Part shown: positions 1 through 9,672 of the stretch, one piece after another
Numbering within the stretch: position 1 is the stretch's first letter
Layout of the letters: each line of letters opens with the position of its first letter
Virus record (IMG/VR): IMGVR_UViG_3300021399_000008
Location: 32,001 to 96,000 of that record
DNA from: a virus
Taxonomy: Duplodnaviria > Caudoviricetes
Length of the DNA stretch: 64,000 nt
Direction: 5' to 3' (one strand)
Notes under the pieces: model-generated
What the model was told of the DNA's origin: nothing
Database searches by the model: none
The model's input: the letters and a program-made list of their open reading frames with translations, nothing else
Program-made: the position numbers and the translations under genes

Positions 1-333
1 ATTATCTCTTCTATGACTGATGCTACAGGAAAAGAATTTCGCAGGAAACAGAAGCGGAGTACTCAGAAGATAGAAGTAGTCGATGTGAAACTGGATCCTC
101 CTGATCCTGAGACTGACTACGATGCCGAAGACGTCCGTATAGCCACTGATCCCGAACTTGAATACGAAGAGTATAAGGTTTCGGATGAAGAGCTTCTCGG
201 TAATCAGTTTAATCCTGACGAGGAAGAAGAGCCTGACGAAGAGCAGATTACGATGGAAGAACTCCTCGCTGAAGAAGACGAGGAAGAGGAAGACGTAGGA
301 CTCGACGAAGACGAAGAAGAAGATCCCGAATAA
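1..333 (+). CDS. Highly acidic protein or C-terminal part of an upstream gene (frame is open from base 1)
   Basis: Asp/Glu-rich ORF; frame 1 has no stop between base 1 and the ATG at 13. Confidence 0.6.
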   Translation: MISSMTDATGKEFRRKQKRSTQKIEVVDVKLDPPDPETDYDAEDVRIATDPELEYEEYKVSDEELLGNQFNPDEEEEPDEEQITMEELLAEEDEEEEDVGLDEDEEEDPE

Positions 334-348
334 AGAGAGGTAATAGAT

Positions 349-1392
349 ATGGTTACATCAGTTGAGCTTCTCAGCCCAGATACCAGCCGTGAAAAGGTTC
401 GCGGCCTTATGAGTACGATTGCCCGTGGAACTCAGGGGGCTTACATTGATCTCGCGCTTATGTGCCGGACTCTCGTGGAGAAATACAACAACAGCTTCTG
501 TGTTTCTCCTCTGGATTTTGGCGACATTACAATTAAGCTTGTTTCGAACCACCTGTTCAACGGCTCCGATTACAAGAACAAAGATTATACAAACTCGCAG
601 ATCGAGGAAGTAAACAGCGATAATGAAACACATTACTTCGCGGATGATTATGGCTTTGCAATCTCAGTAACGAAGCACGAGGCCACGAAGTATGCCTGGG
701 ATACCAGTAAAATGAACTTCGCGGAAAAACCTGATAAAGAAGTGTTCTATGTCCATATTATCAAGGGTTCTGTCGATACCTGGCGCTACTATCTGAAGGG
801 TGTAATGAATCAGATTATCGAAGATCCTACCTGTGACGCTTACTATATTCTTTTCAACCTCTCGCATTATATTGCTCCGCTCTTCAGTGATCTTCTGGAT
901 AAGTACGAAGATGCCATCAGAGAGAAAGAGGAAGCAGAGCGTAAGGCTGAAGAAGAACGGAAAGCCGAGGAAGCTCGTAAGTCTAAAGCCAAGCCTCCTA
1001 TCGGTGGGCTGACTGAGGAAGACTGGGCTACAATCAGAAAGGCTATGGACGAGAAGACGAAGAAGACTTCCTGTTCAAATAAAACAGAAAAGGAATCTGA
1101 ACCCAGGGATGTGGAAGATCTGATCTCTATCCTCAGCGAAGTTCTCGATATTGCAAAAAATGCAAAGAAGAACGGCGGTATCACGGGGAACGAGATCCTT
1201 AATCTTATAGCCAAGTACAGCGACGGTCTGGATATCCTGCACAGCAACGTCCTTGATTCTATGAGTAACTTCAATATGGACGACTGTGTGGATTATCTGA
1301 AGTACATCAGCATGATGACTGATGCATATCATGATCTGTTCCAGAATATTCTGGACAGTAATCCTGATATGAACTCTGAAGAGGAAGATTAA
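349..1392 (+). CDS. Hypothetical phage protein, 347 aa; N-terminus may be a degenerate ThyX-like region
   Basis: Long ORF with GAGG RBS and a coiled-coil KAEEERK stretch. Confidence 0.6.
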   Translation: MVTSVELLSPDTSREKVRGLMSTIARGTQGAYIDLALMCRTLVEKYNNSFCVSPLDFGDITIKLVSNHLFNGSDYKNKDYTNSQIEEVNSDNETHYFADDYGFAISVTKHEATKYAWDTSKMNFAEKPDKEVFYVHIIKGSVDTWRYYLKGVMNQIIEDPTCDAYYILFNLSHYIAPLFSDLLDKYEDAIREKEEAERKAEEERKAEEARKSKAKPPIGGLTEEDWATIRKAMDEKTKKTSCSNKTEKESEPRDVEDLISILSEVLDIAKNAKKNGGITGNEILNLIAKYSDGLDILHSNVLDSMSNFNMDDCVDYLKYISMMTDAYHDLFQNILDSNPDMNSEEED

Positions 1393-1464
1393 TATACAGA
1401 GTTTCCCAGTAATTTACTGGAGAAATTAAACGAAAAATCGATTCTGTTTCGAGATGAAGAAGAA

Positions 1465-1492
1465 CCTGGCTGTTCCCCTAAACAGCCAGGTC
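1465..1492 (+). terminator. Hairpin upstream of nrdD
   Basis: Inverted repeat ACCTGGCTGTT...AACAGCCAGGT. Confidence 0.45.
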
Positions 1493-1547
1493 TCCCTTAA
1501 TTTTACAATAAAATTAGGGCAAAGTATTATAAACGGAGTGGATTATT

Positions 1548-4035
1548 ATGAACGTAATCAAACGTGACGGCAGAGAAGTAGCTTTCGACGAACAAAAAAT
1601 AGTCGATGCGATTCTCTCCGCTATGCGTGAAACGGAAACAGGAACCGATGAGGCACTGGCCAGGTTTATCGCGAACAAGATCGCTATCTCGAATAAGGAT
1701 ATGACAGTCGAAGAGATTCAGGATCTCGTAGAGAATTACCTGATGTCAAGCGACAGGAAGGATGTCGCGAAACAGTACATCCTGTACAGAGCTGAGCGTA
1801 CACGGAAACGTCAGATGGGTTCTGATATTGTGCGTCAGGTATGGGAGAAGACGAATGCATCTAACGTTGTGAACTCGAATGCGAACGTAGACGAACATTC
1901 TTTTGGCGGTAGAAAGAACGAAGCTGCTTCTGCGATCCAGAAGATTATAGCTCTTGATTATAATATGAGTCCTGATATCTCAGCTGCCCATAAGGATGGC
2001 TGGATCTATGAACACGATCTGGACTTCTATAACTTAGGCGGTGCGAACTGCCTGTTCCTTGACTTCAAACACATATTCGAGAACGGGTTCTCTACCCGTA
2101 ACGGAGATGTGAGATCACCAAGTTCTTATTCTACTGCCTGTCAGCAGGTAGCTGTTGCTTTTCAGCTGCAGAGTCAGTGTCAGTTTGGCGGCGTAGCCAG
2201 TCTGCATATTGACTACGATCTGGCTCCGTATGTAGCCAAGTCGTTCAGAAAACATTACGAAGATGGCCTTAAGTGGATTGAACATATTAATCAGCCTGAA
2301 TTTGGAGAGCTGAAAGAGAAAGCTTCTGTCGGCAATCCTGATCCTGCTCATTTGTCAGCTTATGATTACGCAGTTGAGATGCTTGAGCGCGAAGGGAAAC
2401 AGGCAAGTGAAGCTCTCTACCATAACCTTAATACGTTGGAAAGTAGAGCAGGAAGTCAGGTAGATAAAGTTGCCTGACGTAGCGGCGACGCTATGGAAAA
2501 ATCAATCGGGCAAATACGGTAGAACTCTCACGCAGACAATACCGTGGTAATCGGATAGATTTCGTAAGGCTGTCCGACACCGTAACGCGTAGGTGGTGAA
2601 TAAATATAATCCACCCAAGAGTGTCCGACTTCCCTCGCGGAAGAAGATGTACGCTGAACCGTGCACGAATTTACGTGCAGTTATGGGTGTGAACCCCGGA
2701 AGTAGATGATAAAAAGCTTCTACGATAACATATTGACCTTTTACCTCTATTAACTTCGGCAGAGATATATCTCCTGAAGGAAGACTGGTAACAAGATGGC
2801 TGCTCGAAGCTTCCCTATCGGGTATAGGCAAGCACCATCTCACAAGTATCTTCCCGATCAGTATCTTTCAGCTGAAGAAAGGTGTTAACTCCGATCCCGG
2901 AGATCCTAACTACGATCTGAAACAGCTGGCTATTAAGTCCCTGTCCAGAAGAATTTATCCGAACTTCGTGAACTGCGACTATTCAGAAGCTCATGAAGAT
3001 TTGAATAACATCGATACTTTCTACGGTACTATGGGATGTCGGACGAGCATCGGTTTAGATGTTAATGGATTAGGATATCAAAGAGTAGGTCGTGGAAACA
3101 ATGTACCTATTACAATTATCCTTCCTAAGATCGGTATTGAATACGGTATTTGTACAGGAAAGAGACAGACTCCTGATCTCGAAGGATTCTGGAAGAAACT
3201 GGATGAGCTGCTTGCTCTGACAGAGAAAGCTTTCCTTGAACGCTGGGAAATCATGAAGAGTCAGAGTCCTAAAGCCGCAACATTTATGTATCAGAACGGA
3301 ACGATTGCCGATGCTGACAAATGTACCGACACAGTTGAGCCAGCTCTGATTCATAACACGTTTGCGTTTGGTTATATTGGTATCGCTGAGATGTGTGAAG
3401 CTCTCTTCGGTACGAACCATGCAAAGGACGCGAGAGCTCATGCTTTTGCTCTGAAAGTTGTAGCTCGGATTAACCAGTACGCTAAGGAATTCACTCAGAG
3501 AAACAAGCTGAATGGTTCCTGCTATGCCACTCCAGCTGAGAGTCTGTGCTACACAGCGATGACGAAGCTGAAGAGTCAGTATGGAATTATCCATAACGTA
3601 ACTGACAGAGACTGGCTCACGAACTCGCACCATGTTCCTGTGTGGGAGAAGGTTTCTATCTACGATAAGCTCAGGATTGAAGCTCCTTTCTGCAGATATC
3701 CTACTGGCGGCTGCATTACGTACATCGAATGCGAGTCGACTTTTATGAATAATACTCAGGCTATAGAAGATATTATTGACTATGCTTCGAACCTGGACAT
3801 TCCTTATCTTGCTTTTAATTTCCCGATTGACACCTGTCTGGATTGCGGATATCAGGGTGAGTTCGATAACGAATGTCCTGAATGCGGAGGAAAGAATATC
3901 CTTCAGCTGAGAAGAGTAACTGGATACCTGACTCAGGATTACAGGAACTTTAACCACGGAAAACAGGAAGAGGTTAAAGCCAGAGTAAAGCACTCTGCTT
4001 ATACTGACTTCGGAGGAAACAACTTTGGACGATAA
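1548..4035 (+). CDS. nrdD: Anaerobic (class III) ribonucleoside-triphosphate reductase; spliced, exon 1 1548-2461 and exon 2 2736-4035
   Basis: N-terminal ATP cone (VIKRDGR); the joined junction restores ESRAGSQ-V-PFTSINFG; MGCR motif; C-terminal CxxC..CxxC and glycyl-radical motif RRVTGYL. Confidence 0.95.
2462..2735 (+). ncRNA. Group I intron in nrdD (274 nt, no ORF)
   Basis: P1 pairing TCAGGU/GCCTGA with a U-G wobble at the 5' splice site; terminal G at 2735; removal restores the frame and the conserved NrdD sequence. Confidence 0.9.
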
Positions 4036-4561
4036 TATTGTTCTCAGCCATCGTGGGTATCCATTTTTATCTGGCGTTAACTACGAAAGTCTGGTAGACG
4101 GAAGTGGTGTAAGGACAGTCGTGTTTATCTCCGGCTGTCCTCACCACTGTTTTAATTGTCACAATCCTGAGACATGGAATCCATGGTACGGGAAACTTTG
4201 CGATGCGAAAATGATTCAGGAGATCGCCGAAGAGTACGCAAAGAGAAAGGATTACCTAGCTGGTATTACTCTTAGCGGTGGAGATCCTCTATGGGATACG
4301 GAGAAAACGTACTGGTTACTTAACGATTTGGAAGATGCGATCTATGAGCGGACAAAGCAGAGCCATGTGAATCTCTGGATTTACACAGGGTATACATGGG
4401 AAGAGCTTATGGCCAGAGAAGATACGTTTCTTAAATCAATTCTGAATAAAACAGACGTTCTTGTTGATGGTCCGTTTGTTCAGGATCTGGCAGACAAACG
4501 ACTGGCTTTCAGAGGTTCAAGTAACCAGAGAATCTTACAGGTTCAGGAATTGCTGAAATGA
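4025..4561 (+). CDS. nrdG: Anaerobic RNR activating enzyme (radical SAM)
   Basis: DGSGVRTVVFISGCPHHCFNCHN, SGGDP and FRGSSNQR motifs; follows nrdD. Confidence 0.95.
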   Translation: MDDNIVLSHRGYPFLSGVNYESLVDGSGVRTVVFISGCPHHCFNCHNPETWNPWYGKLCDAKMIQEIAEEYAKRKDYLAGITLSGGDPLWDTEKTYWLLNDLEDAIYERTKQSHVNLWIYTGYTWEELMAREDTFLKSILNKTDVLVDGPFVQDLADKRLAFRGSSNQRILQVQELLK

Positions 4562-4656
4562 AACTTGTTATGCTTATTTCAGCAGTAATAAGAGGAAACT
4601 GTCAATTTAATCTTGGCTATTGTAATCTTGGCTGTATTAGTGGCTATGAGGTAAAC

Positions 4657-4935
4657 ATGAGCGATAAAGAAGAAAAGAAAGATATTTCCGTAGACGATAT
4701 CAAGTTCATGAACGTTCTTCTTACAATCCCTGAGAACTCCGTTCAGGTAATAGTTAATGTAAAGACTATGGAAAACGGAGAGATTGTAGGCATAGTAGGA
4801 ACATACGGTCCGAAAGATATCAGAGAGATCCGATCTGATTTCCTTGAAGCTGTTCCTGATGGAGATGACTGGAACGCAGTCTATACTCTTACGGATGAAG
4901 GTCAGAAGTACGTTGATAAATACTTAAAGAAATAA
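4657..4935 (+). CDS. Hypothetical protein
   Basis: ORF with GAGG RBS before the ATG at 4657. Confidence 0.6.
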   Translation: MSDKEEKKDISVDDIKFMNVLLTIPENSVQVIVNVKTMENGEIVGIVGTYGPKDIREIRSDFLEAVPDGDDWNAVYTLTDEGQKYVDKYLKK

Positions 4936-4990
4936 GGCCGCTCACTCTGCGTACGCATACCGTTCGCGGGAGCAGGTGGAGGAGACTAAT

Positions 4991-5185
4991 ATGAATATAT
5001 TTCAGGCTATAGCTAAGCTCACAAAAGAACCTAAAGGAGCTTATGCTTGTAGATTCGGCAAACCATGGCGGCTGGAAACGGCCAATGACTAGCTCTTCGC
5101 TATATCCGAAGGCGGTATGCTCCATATGTGGTGTCCTACTGTCGAAGATCTTCAGGCAGAAGACTGGATGGTAGTGAGGTGTTAA
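4991..5185 (+). CDS. DUF2829/Tad2-like small protein with an in-frame TAG at 5090
   Basis: GGAGG RBS; MNIFQAI...ND*LF...WCPTVEDLQAEDW (W-x-P...D..A.DW motif); ends in TAA. Confidence 0.7.
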
Positions 5186-5186
5186 G

Positions 5187-5855
5187 ATGTCCACTACTGT
5201 AATTGGACTGGAGGAAAAGCCATCAATAAACGAAGTGGCTGCGGTACAGAAAAACCGCTTCACTGTTCTGGCTGGTGACTTGTCTATGAACTATCCTGGA
5301 TTCTGCGTTATGGATCTAAAAAAGGTGAACGGTTCGTGGAGAATTACTGGCCTGAAGATCTCTTCGATTAAGCGCAGCCACAAAGACGAAACACATGGAG
5401 AAGCTCTGGTTACGATAGGGAAGCATCTGCAGGAACTCTTCGGCCACGAGATGCCAAACTTCCTCGTAAGAGAGAAGGCCCTTGTTGGCCAGCGAAACGG
5501 GTTCACTCCGCAGAATCAGATGGCTATCTTTAAGGTGGTTGGTGTAATTGACATCCTGACTACGATCTGGTGGCGTAAGTTCACAGAGAGTGACAGGCAG
5601 TATCGATCCAGACAGTGGAGTGAGATCGCGGCTACAACTGTAAAGAAGCTGATTACCGGGCAGGGAAAGGCTGACAAGAACGAAGTAGCTGAAGGAGTTA
5701 TGAAATACCTGAAGCTCTACTGTGATGTTGACCTTGGAGACGAACCCTTCAATAACGATAACGAGAGTGATGCTACAGCTGTGGCTCTGGCGTGGTTGTT
5801 ATCCAAAGGCGTAATCACTCCGATTAAAGAAGAGGAGAACTTGAAATGCGGTTAA
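5187..5855 (+). CDS. RuvC-like Holliday junction resolvase
   Basis: LAGDLS..PG, VRE, TTVKKLITGQGKADKNEV and NESDATAVA motifs. Confidence 0.8.
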   Translation: MSTTVIGLEEKPSINEVAAVQKNRFTVLAGDLSMNYPGFCVMDLKKVNGSWRITGLKISSIKRSHKDETHGEALVTIGKHLQELFGHEMPNFLVREKALVGQRNGFTPQNQMAIFKVVGVIDILTTIWWRKFTESDRQYRSRQWSEIAATTVKKLITGQGKADKNEVAEGVMKYLKLYCDVDLGDEPFNNDNESDATAVALAWLLSKGVITPIKEEENLKCG

Positions 5856-6202
5856 AGACAGTTCACCTGTATTCAATTCTGATGGGACTGAAAAGAGGCG
5901 TAGTTCCTCAGACAATCTATGAATCCGTGGATTATCCCGGTGTTCCCGGAGTAAACTACTACTTCACTTCACTGAAGGCCAGAAATAAGGATGTACTCAT
6001 TGAGTATCTTAAGAAGACATATGGCAGTGACCTTCTCAGAGAATCGCTCGTGATCCAGAAGTTTGCTACTCTGGAAGTACAGAATCCTTCGAACATTATT
6101 CCTCTCAGCCAGGAAGAGTATGACTACCTGTTCAACAATAAGGACGGAGATAAACCGATGCCTTACGCGGAGAAGATTATGGGAGCTGATAACAATGGCT
6201 GA
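5846..6202 (+). CDS. Hypothetical protein
   Basis: ORF overlapping both neighbours, with an RBS. Confidence 0.6.
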   Translation: MRLKTVHLYSILMGLKRGVVPQTIYESVDYPGVPGVNYYFTSLKARNKDVLIEYLKKTYGSDLLRESLVIQKFATLEVQNPSNIIPLSQEEYDYLFNNKDGDKPMPYAEKIMGADNNG

Positions 6203-6701
6203 GGTAGTAGGAAAGTTCTCGAAGGTTTCACTCGAGCAGTTTATCGATGACTACAGGAACGTCGTATCTCCTGAAGAGAGCGAAGAGACAATCGCGAAGA
6301 TCTATGAACAGATCACTCTGCCTGAAAGAAGTACTCAGGGTTCAGCTGGCTACGACTTCAAGCTTCCTATTCCAGCCTTCTTCGACAGTAATATCCCGTT
6401 TACGATTCCAACTGGGATCAGGGCTGAGATTAAACCTGGGTGGTTCCTGATGCTTGTACCTCGTTCAAGTCTCGGGTTTAAATACGGTATGAGACTGAGG
6501 AACACAGCTGGGATTATCGACAGTGACTATGCTTTCGCTGATAACGAAGGCCACATTATGGCTAAGGTCGTGTTCGATGAGTACTGCTGCCTGAATGACG
6601 GCGACAAATTCATGCAGGGAATTTTCGTTCCATATGGTATCACAGACGGTGATGCCACTAAAGGGAAAAGAACAGGAGGTTTCGGTTCAACTGGAACCTG
6701 A
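6195..6701 (+). CDS. dut: dUTPase (trimeric)
   Basis: SAGYD, PRSSLG, GIIDSDY and RTGGFGSTG motifs. Confidence 0.95.
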   Translation: MAEVVGKFSKVSLEQFIDDYRNVVSPEESEETIAKIYEQITLPERSTQGSAGYDFKLPIPAFFDSNIPFTIPTGIRAEIKPGWFLMLVPRSSLGFKYGMRLRNTAGIIDSDYAFADNEGHIMAKVVFDEYCCLNDGDKFMQGIFVPYGITDGDATKGKRTGGFGSTGT

Positions 6702-6821
6702 GAACAGGAGATTAACTAGTAAATGGTAACTGTATTGACAGTAAATATGCAGCACGCACTGATCATTGGATTGATCGGATTTGTTGCTTACCTTCTTGCA
6801 GCCGACTATGAGGAATAAGAT

Positions 6822-7127
6822 ATGCCGACACAGCTAAGATGGGTCCAAAGACCACCAAACCATGAGATACTCGTATAGAGTACAGATGAACAGGGTGACA
6901 ACGTCCTCGCTGATATTACCTACAGAAACGAAAGTAAGACAGAGTGGGCGTTCACAACGGCTATTAAACAGATTCCTACGATCTCAGCCGACAGTGACGT
7001 AACAGACACGAAGCGGTGTATTATCTACGATCTGATTAAGTTTTTCCAGGAGAGAAAGCATCAGAACGAAGAGATACTTGAGCAGTTGGAATCTATTAAG
7101 CCGAAAGTAAAGGAAGACCTGGAGTAA
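6822..7127 (+). CDS. Hypothetical protein with an in-frame TAG at 6876 (missed by the standard-code ORF track)
   Basis: GAGG RBS; MPTQLRW...HEILV*STDEQG...KEDLE then TAA; 101 codons, followed by a terminator. Confidence 0.7.
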
Positions 7128-7145
7128 TCCGGGTCTTTTCTATAT

Positions 7146-7219
7146 GCCGAAGTGGCGCAACAGGCAGACGCAGCGGACTTAAAATCCGTAAGTTGTGGGT
7201 TCGAGTCCCATCTTCGGTA
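7146..7219 (+). tRNA. tRNA-Leu(UAA) with a short variable loop
   Basis: Acceptor GCCGAAG/CTTCGGT, A73; D arm TGGCGCAACAGGCAGACGC; anticodon TAA at 7180-7182; GTTCGAGTC T loop. Confidence 0.9.
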
Positions 7220-7312
7220 CTCGTCAGGAGGAGTCTTGGCGATAAGTTTAGAGGAAGGGTACAGGGCATACACCCTTCCTCTGTCTTTATCTTGTTTTGT
7301 CCAGCCGCTCTC

Positions 7313-7388
7313 GCGGGAGTGGCGAAATTGGCATACGCGGCGTACTCTAAATACGCTAACTTTGAGGGTTCGAGTCCCTTCTCCCGTA
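7313..7388 (+). tRNA. Amber-decoding tRNA (anticodon CUA) with a tRNA-Leu-type body
   Basis: Acceptor GCGGGAG/CTCCCGT, A73; Leu-type D arm TGGCGAAATTGGCATACGC; anticodon stem GCGTA/TACGC, loop CT-CTA-AA (7347-7349); T arm GAGGG-TTCGAGT-CCCTT. Confidence 0.92.
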
Positions 7389-7705
7389 CTTACATAAAGT
7401 ATTGGGAAATTCGAAGCGATTTCAGCTTCCAGAATTACGTAAAGAACTTATCAGCTTTCGATCTGGAAGCGAGATTCGATAAGTTTTTCTCCAGTAGTTC
7501 TGGACAAACTGGAATAAAGGAGAGAAGGAACATAGAACAGGAAAGAAATTTACAAAGGAATCTCTGCAGGTTATAATAAAGAGACTTACGAGAAACAGAG
7601 AGGTGGTTAACATGGTTATAAAGCTTATTTTGTAGACTGAACACACCTTAACGTATGACTGGTCTTATCGATCCCGCTGCAGAGATTCAGAAAGGGAAAT
7701 AAGAA

Positions 7706-8554
7706 GTGAGTAATACGTTAAAGGAGAGAAACTATGAAAAGGAAACGGTGAATATGGAGAATAATGAAAAGCTTATTATCGATGACTACGGAAACGGAAG
7801 ACTGGACTACATCGACAAGAGTAAGCTGAGATCAGGAATGCGGCTTCTCACATATCGTGAGGGCTGGATGGTTGTGATGCGGGATGTGAATCCCTTAATC
7901 TTCAGAGACAGAGATGTATTCGTTCTGGAAGACTGTGTGAGACCTTTCAGCGAGTGGAACGATGACCTGACGTTTAAGAACAGAGATATGCCCGGGTACG
8001 ATGTCGTAGCTGCGTGCTCGACAACAAACCTTGGCGAAGTAGTAAAAGGAAACCGTGATATCTACAAACAGGATGACGAGGAATGTTTCTGGAAGTCCGA
8101 CCTTGTGAAAGAGGCAGCTGTTGATCCGCAGAAAGCATACATGTTTGACCTGAAAGGATCACTAAGAACAGGTGACCTCGTGGAATTAAGGAACGGTAGA
8201 CGCTATGTTGTAATGTATAAGGTTTACGTCGGTGAAGTAGATGACGATCTGCCTTTCCATGTGCCGAACTACAGCGACCTGCTGATTGAACTGGAAGATC
8301 CAGACAATACTGTAAATCTTTGCCAGTATCAGACCGGACTCTGGCATACATATGACCACGATCTCGATGTTATGGCTATCGTAAAGCTGTCTTCTACAGA
8401 CTTCTCCGTGATGGGTAAGCTGAAGGATAAGAAATACGTAGATAAACTCTTCGAGGATACATGGTGGCGCAGAACACCGGAGATTGAACAGGCATTTAAA
8501 GACTGGATAGACAGGCAGGATTCCGATATTACGGATGATTACCTGCCGTTCTGA
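7706..8554 (+). CDS. Hypothetical protein with two internally repeated domains
   Basis: LRSGMRLLTYREG...YDVVA versus LRTGDLVELRNG...LDVMA. Confidence 0.65.
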   Translation: MSNTLKERNYEKETVNMENNEKLIIDDYGNGRLDYIDKSKLRSGMRLLTYREGWMVVMRDVNPLIFRDRDVFVLEDCVRPFSEWNDDLTFKNRDMPGYDVVAACSTTNLGEVVKGNRDIYKQDDEECFWKSDLVKEAAVDPQKAYMFDLKGSLRTGDLVELRNGRRYVVMYKVYVGEVDDDLPFHVPNYSDLLIELEDPDNTVNLCQYQTGLWHTYDHDLDVMAIVKLSSTDFSVMGKLKDKKYVDKLFEDTWWRRTPEIEQAFKDWIDRQDSDITDDYLPF

Positions 8555-8571
8555 AACTAAATAATTAAGAG

Positions 8572-8603
8572 GAGTAGCCGTAGGAAACTGCGGCTACTTT
8601 TTA
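8572..8603 (+). terminator. Rho-independent terminator
   Basis: AGTAGCCGTAG-GAAA-CTGCGGCTACT followed by a T run. Confidence 0.75.
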
Positions 8604-8628
8604 ATTTATCTCTACCAGAGGTGTAACT

Positions 8629-8823
8629 ATGAAGTACAACGTAACGAGTATCGAGAACTACCTCGACAGACTGAACGAGGAAACAGAAGAAGATCAGCCT
8701 TTCTACAAAGACTAGTCTGCTGAGGAAGTAGAAAGGGAGGAGGTGGAAGATTGTTCGAAACCGTTCTTGAGTACTTCGACGACAGCGAGTGCCGGGTCTA
8801 CACGAACGAAAGGAAAACGATAA
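8629..8823 (+). CDS. Small acidic protein with an in-frame TAG at 8713
   Basis: GAGGTG RBS; FYKD*SAEEVERE; read-through would overlap the next ORF by 73 nt. Confidence 0.45.
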
Positions 8824-9035
8824 ACAGAGTCCTCGGGTTCGCTGAAGAATACCCGGATAAAGTCAGACTGCTGAATGAACCTAAAGATAACGAAGGTTAC
8901 TTAAACGCCTATATCCCCAGAGACTGGGTAGTAATACGGCCTAAAACTACGAGAGAACTTACTGAAGAACAGAAACAGGCTCTCCGTGACAGGCTTAACA
9001 GTTACAGAAAGAAGGCAGAAACAGAAGATGAGTAA
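8751..9035 (+). CDS. Hypothetical phage protein
   Basis: TTG start with GGAGG RBS; C-terminal RELTEEQKQALRDRL motif common in Firmicute phage proteins. Confidence 0.65.
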   Translation: MFETVLEYFDDSECRVYTNERKTINRVLGFAEEYPDKVRLLNEPKDNEGYLNAYIPRDWVVIRPKTTRELTEEQKQALRDRLNSYRKKAETEDE

Positions 9036-9672
9036 CTCGCTGGAAGTACAACTTATCCGATATACTCCTGATCCTGACCATATCTGTGGTCTCGCAGCAG
9101 CCGAGTGTTATAGCTCGAACAATCCTTATAAAGCCCTGAAAGTAGCGATGGAAGGCGGTCACGAATCGGTAGCTGAACACGCAACCTTTACCTTTCAGAT
9201 TAAAGGTCTTTCGAGAACTGCTCTTGCCCAGCTTACGAGACACAGGCTGGCCTCATTCTCTGTCCAGAGTCAGCGGTATGTAAACATCACAGACAACGAT
9301 GTCGTAATGCCTGACAGTATTCCTGAGAAATACAGGGCTGACTGGGAAGAGATCGTAAAGAAGGCTGGAATTCTCTACGTACATATGGTCGAGGATGGCG
9401 TTCCGAAAGAAGATGCCAGGTTTATCGTACCGCAGGGAGTTACTACGAAGCTTACAATGACTATGAATGCCCGTGAGCTTCGCCACTTCTTCTCTCTTCG
9501 CTGCTGTAACAGAGCCCAGTGGGAAATCAGGAAACTTGCCTGTAATATGCTGGACCTTGTGAAACCTGTAGCTCCGATACTGTTCGCTGATGCTGGCCCT
9601 GCGTGTGTCAGAGGCCAGTGCCACGAGAAGAGGCCGTGCGGAAATCCCTGGCCTAAGCTGAAGAAGGAGTGA
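9028..9672 (+). CDS. thyX: Flavin-dependent thymidylate synthase
   Basis: GHESVAEH, RHRLASFSVQSQRY, EDAR and AQWEIR motifs. Confidence 0.95.
   Translation: MSNSLEVQLIRYTPDPDHICGLAAAECYSSNNPYKALKVAMEGGHESVAEHATFTFQIKGLSRTALAQLTRHRLASFSVQSQRYVNITDNDVVMPDSIPEKYRADWEEIVKKAGILYVHMVEDGVPKEDARFIVPQGVTTKLTMTMNARELRHFFSLRCCNRAQWEIRKLACNMLDLVKPVAPILFADAGPACVRGQCHEKRPCGNPWPKLKKE

Noticed and set aside
1548-4035. nrdD frameshift or split gene
   Set aside because: Explained by a group I intron with canonical splice-site features.
7313-7388. TAG=Gln (code 15) or pyrrolysine
   Set aside because: The tRNA body is Leu-like, TAGs align to Leu motifs and there are no pyl genes in the window. A few sites (30389, 33724, 47431, 5090) are individually compatible with Gln but uninformative.
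7061-7646. ORF-track calls over the tRNA cluster
   Set aside because: They overlap tRNAs and structured intergenic DNA and are not protein-like.
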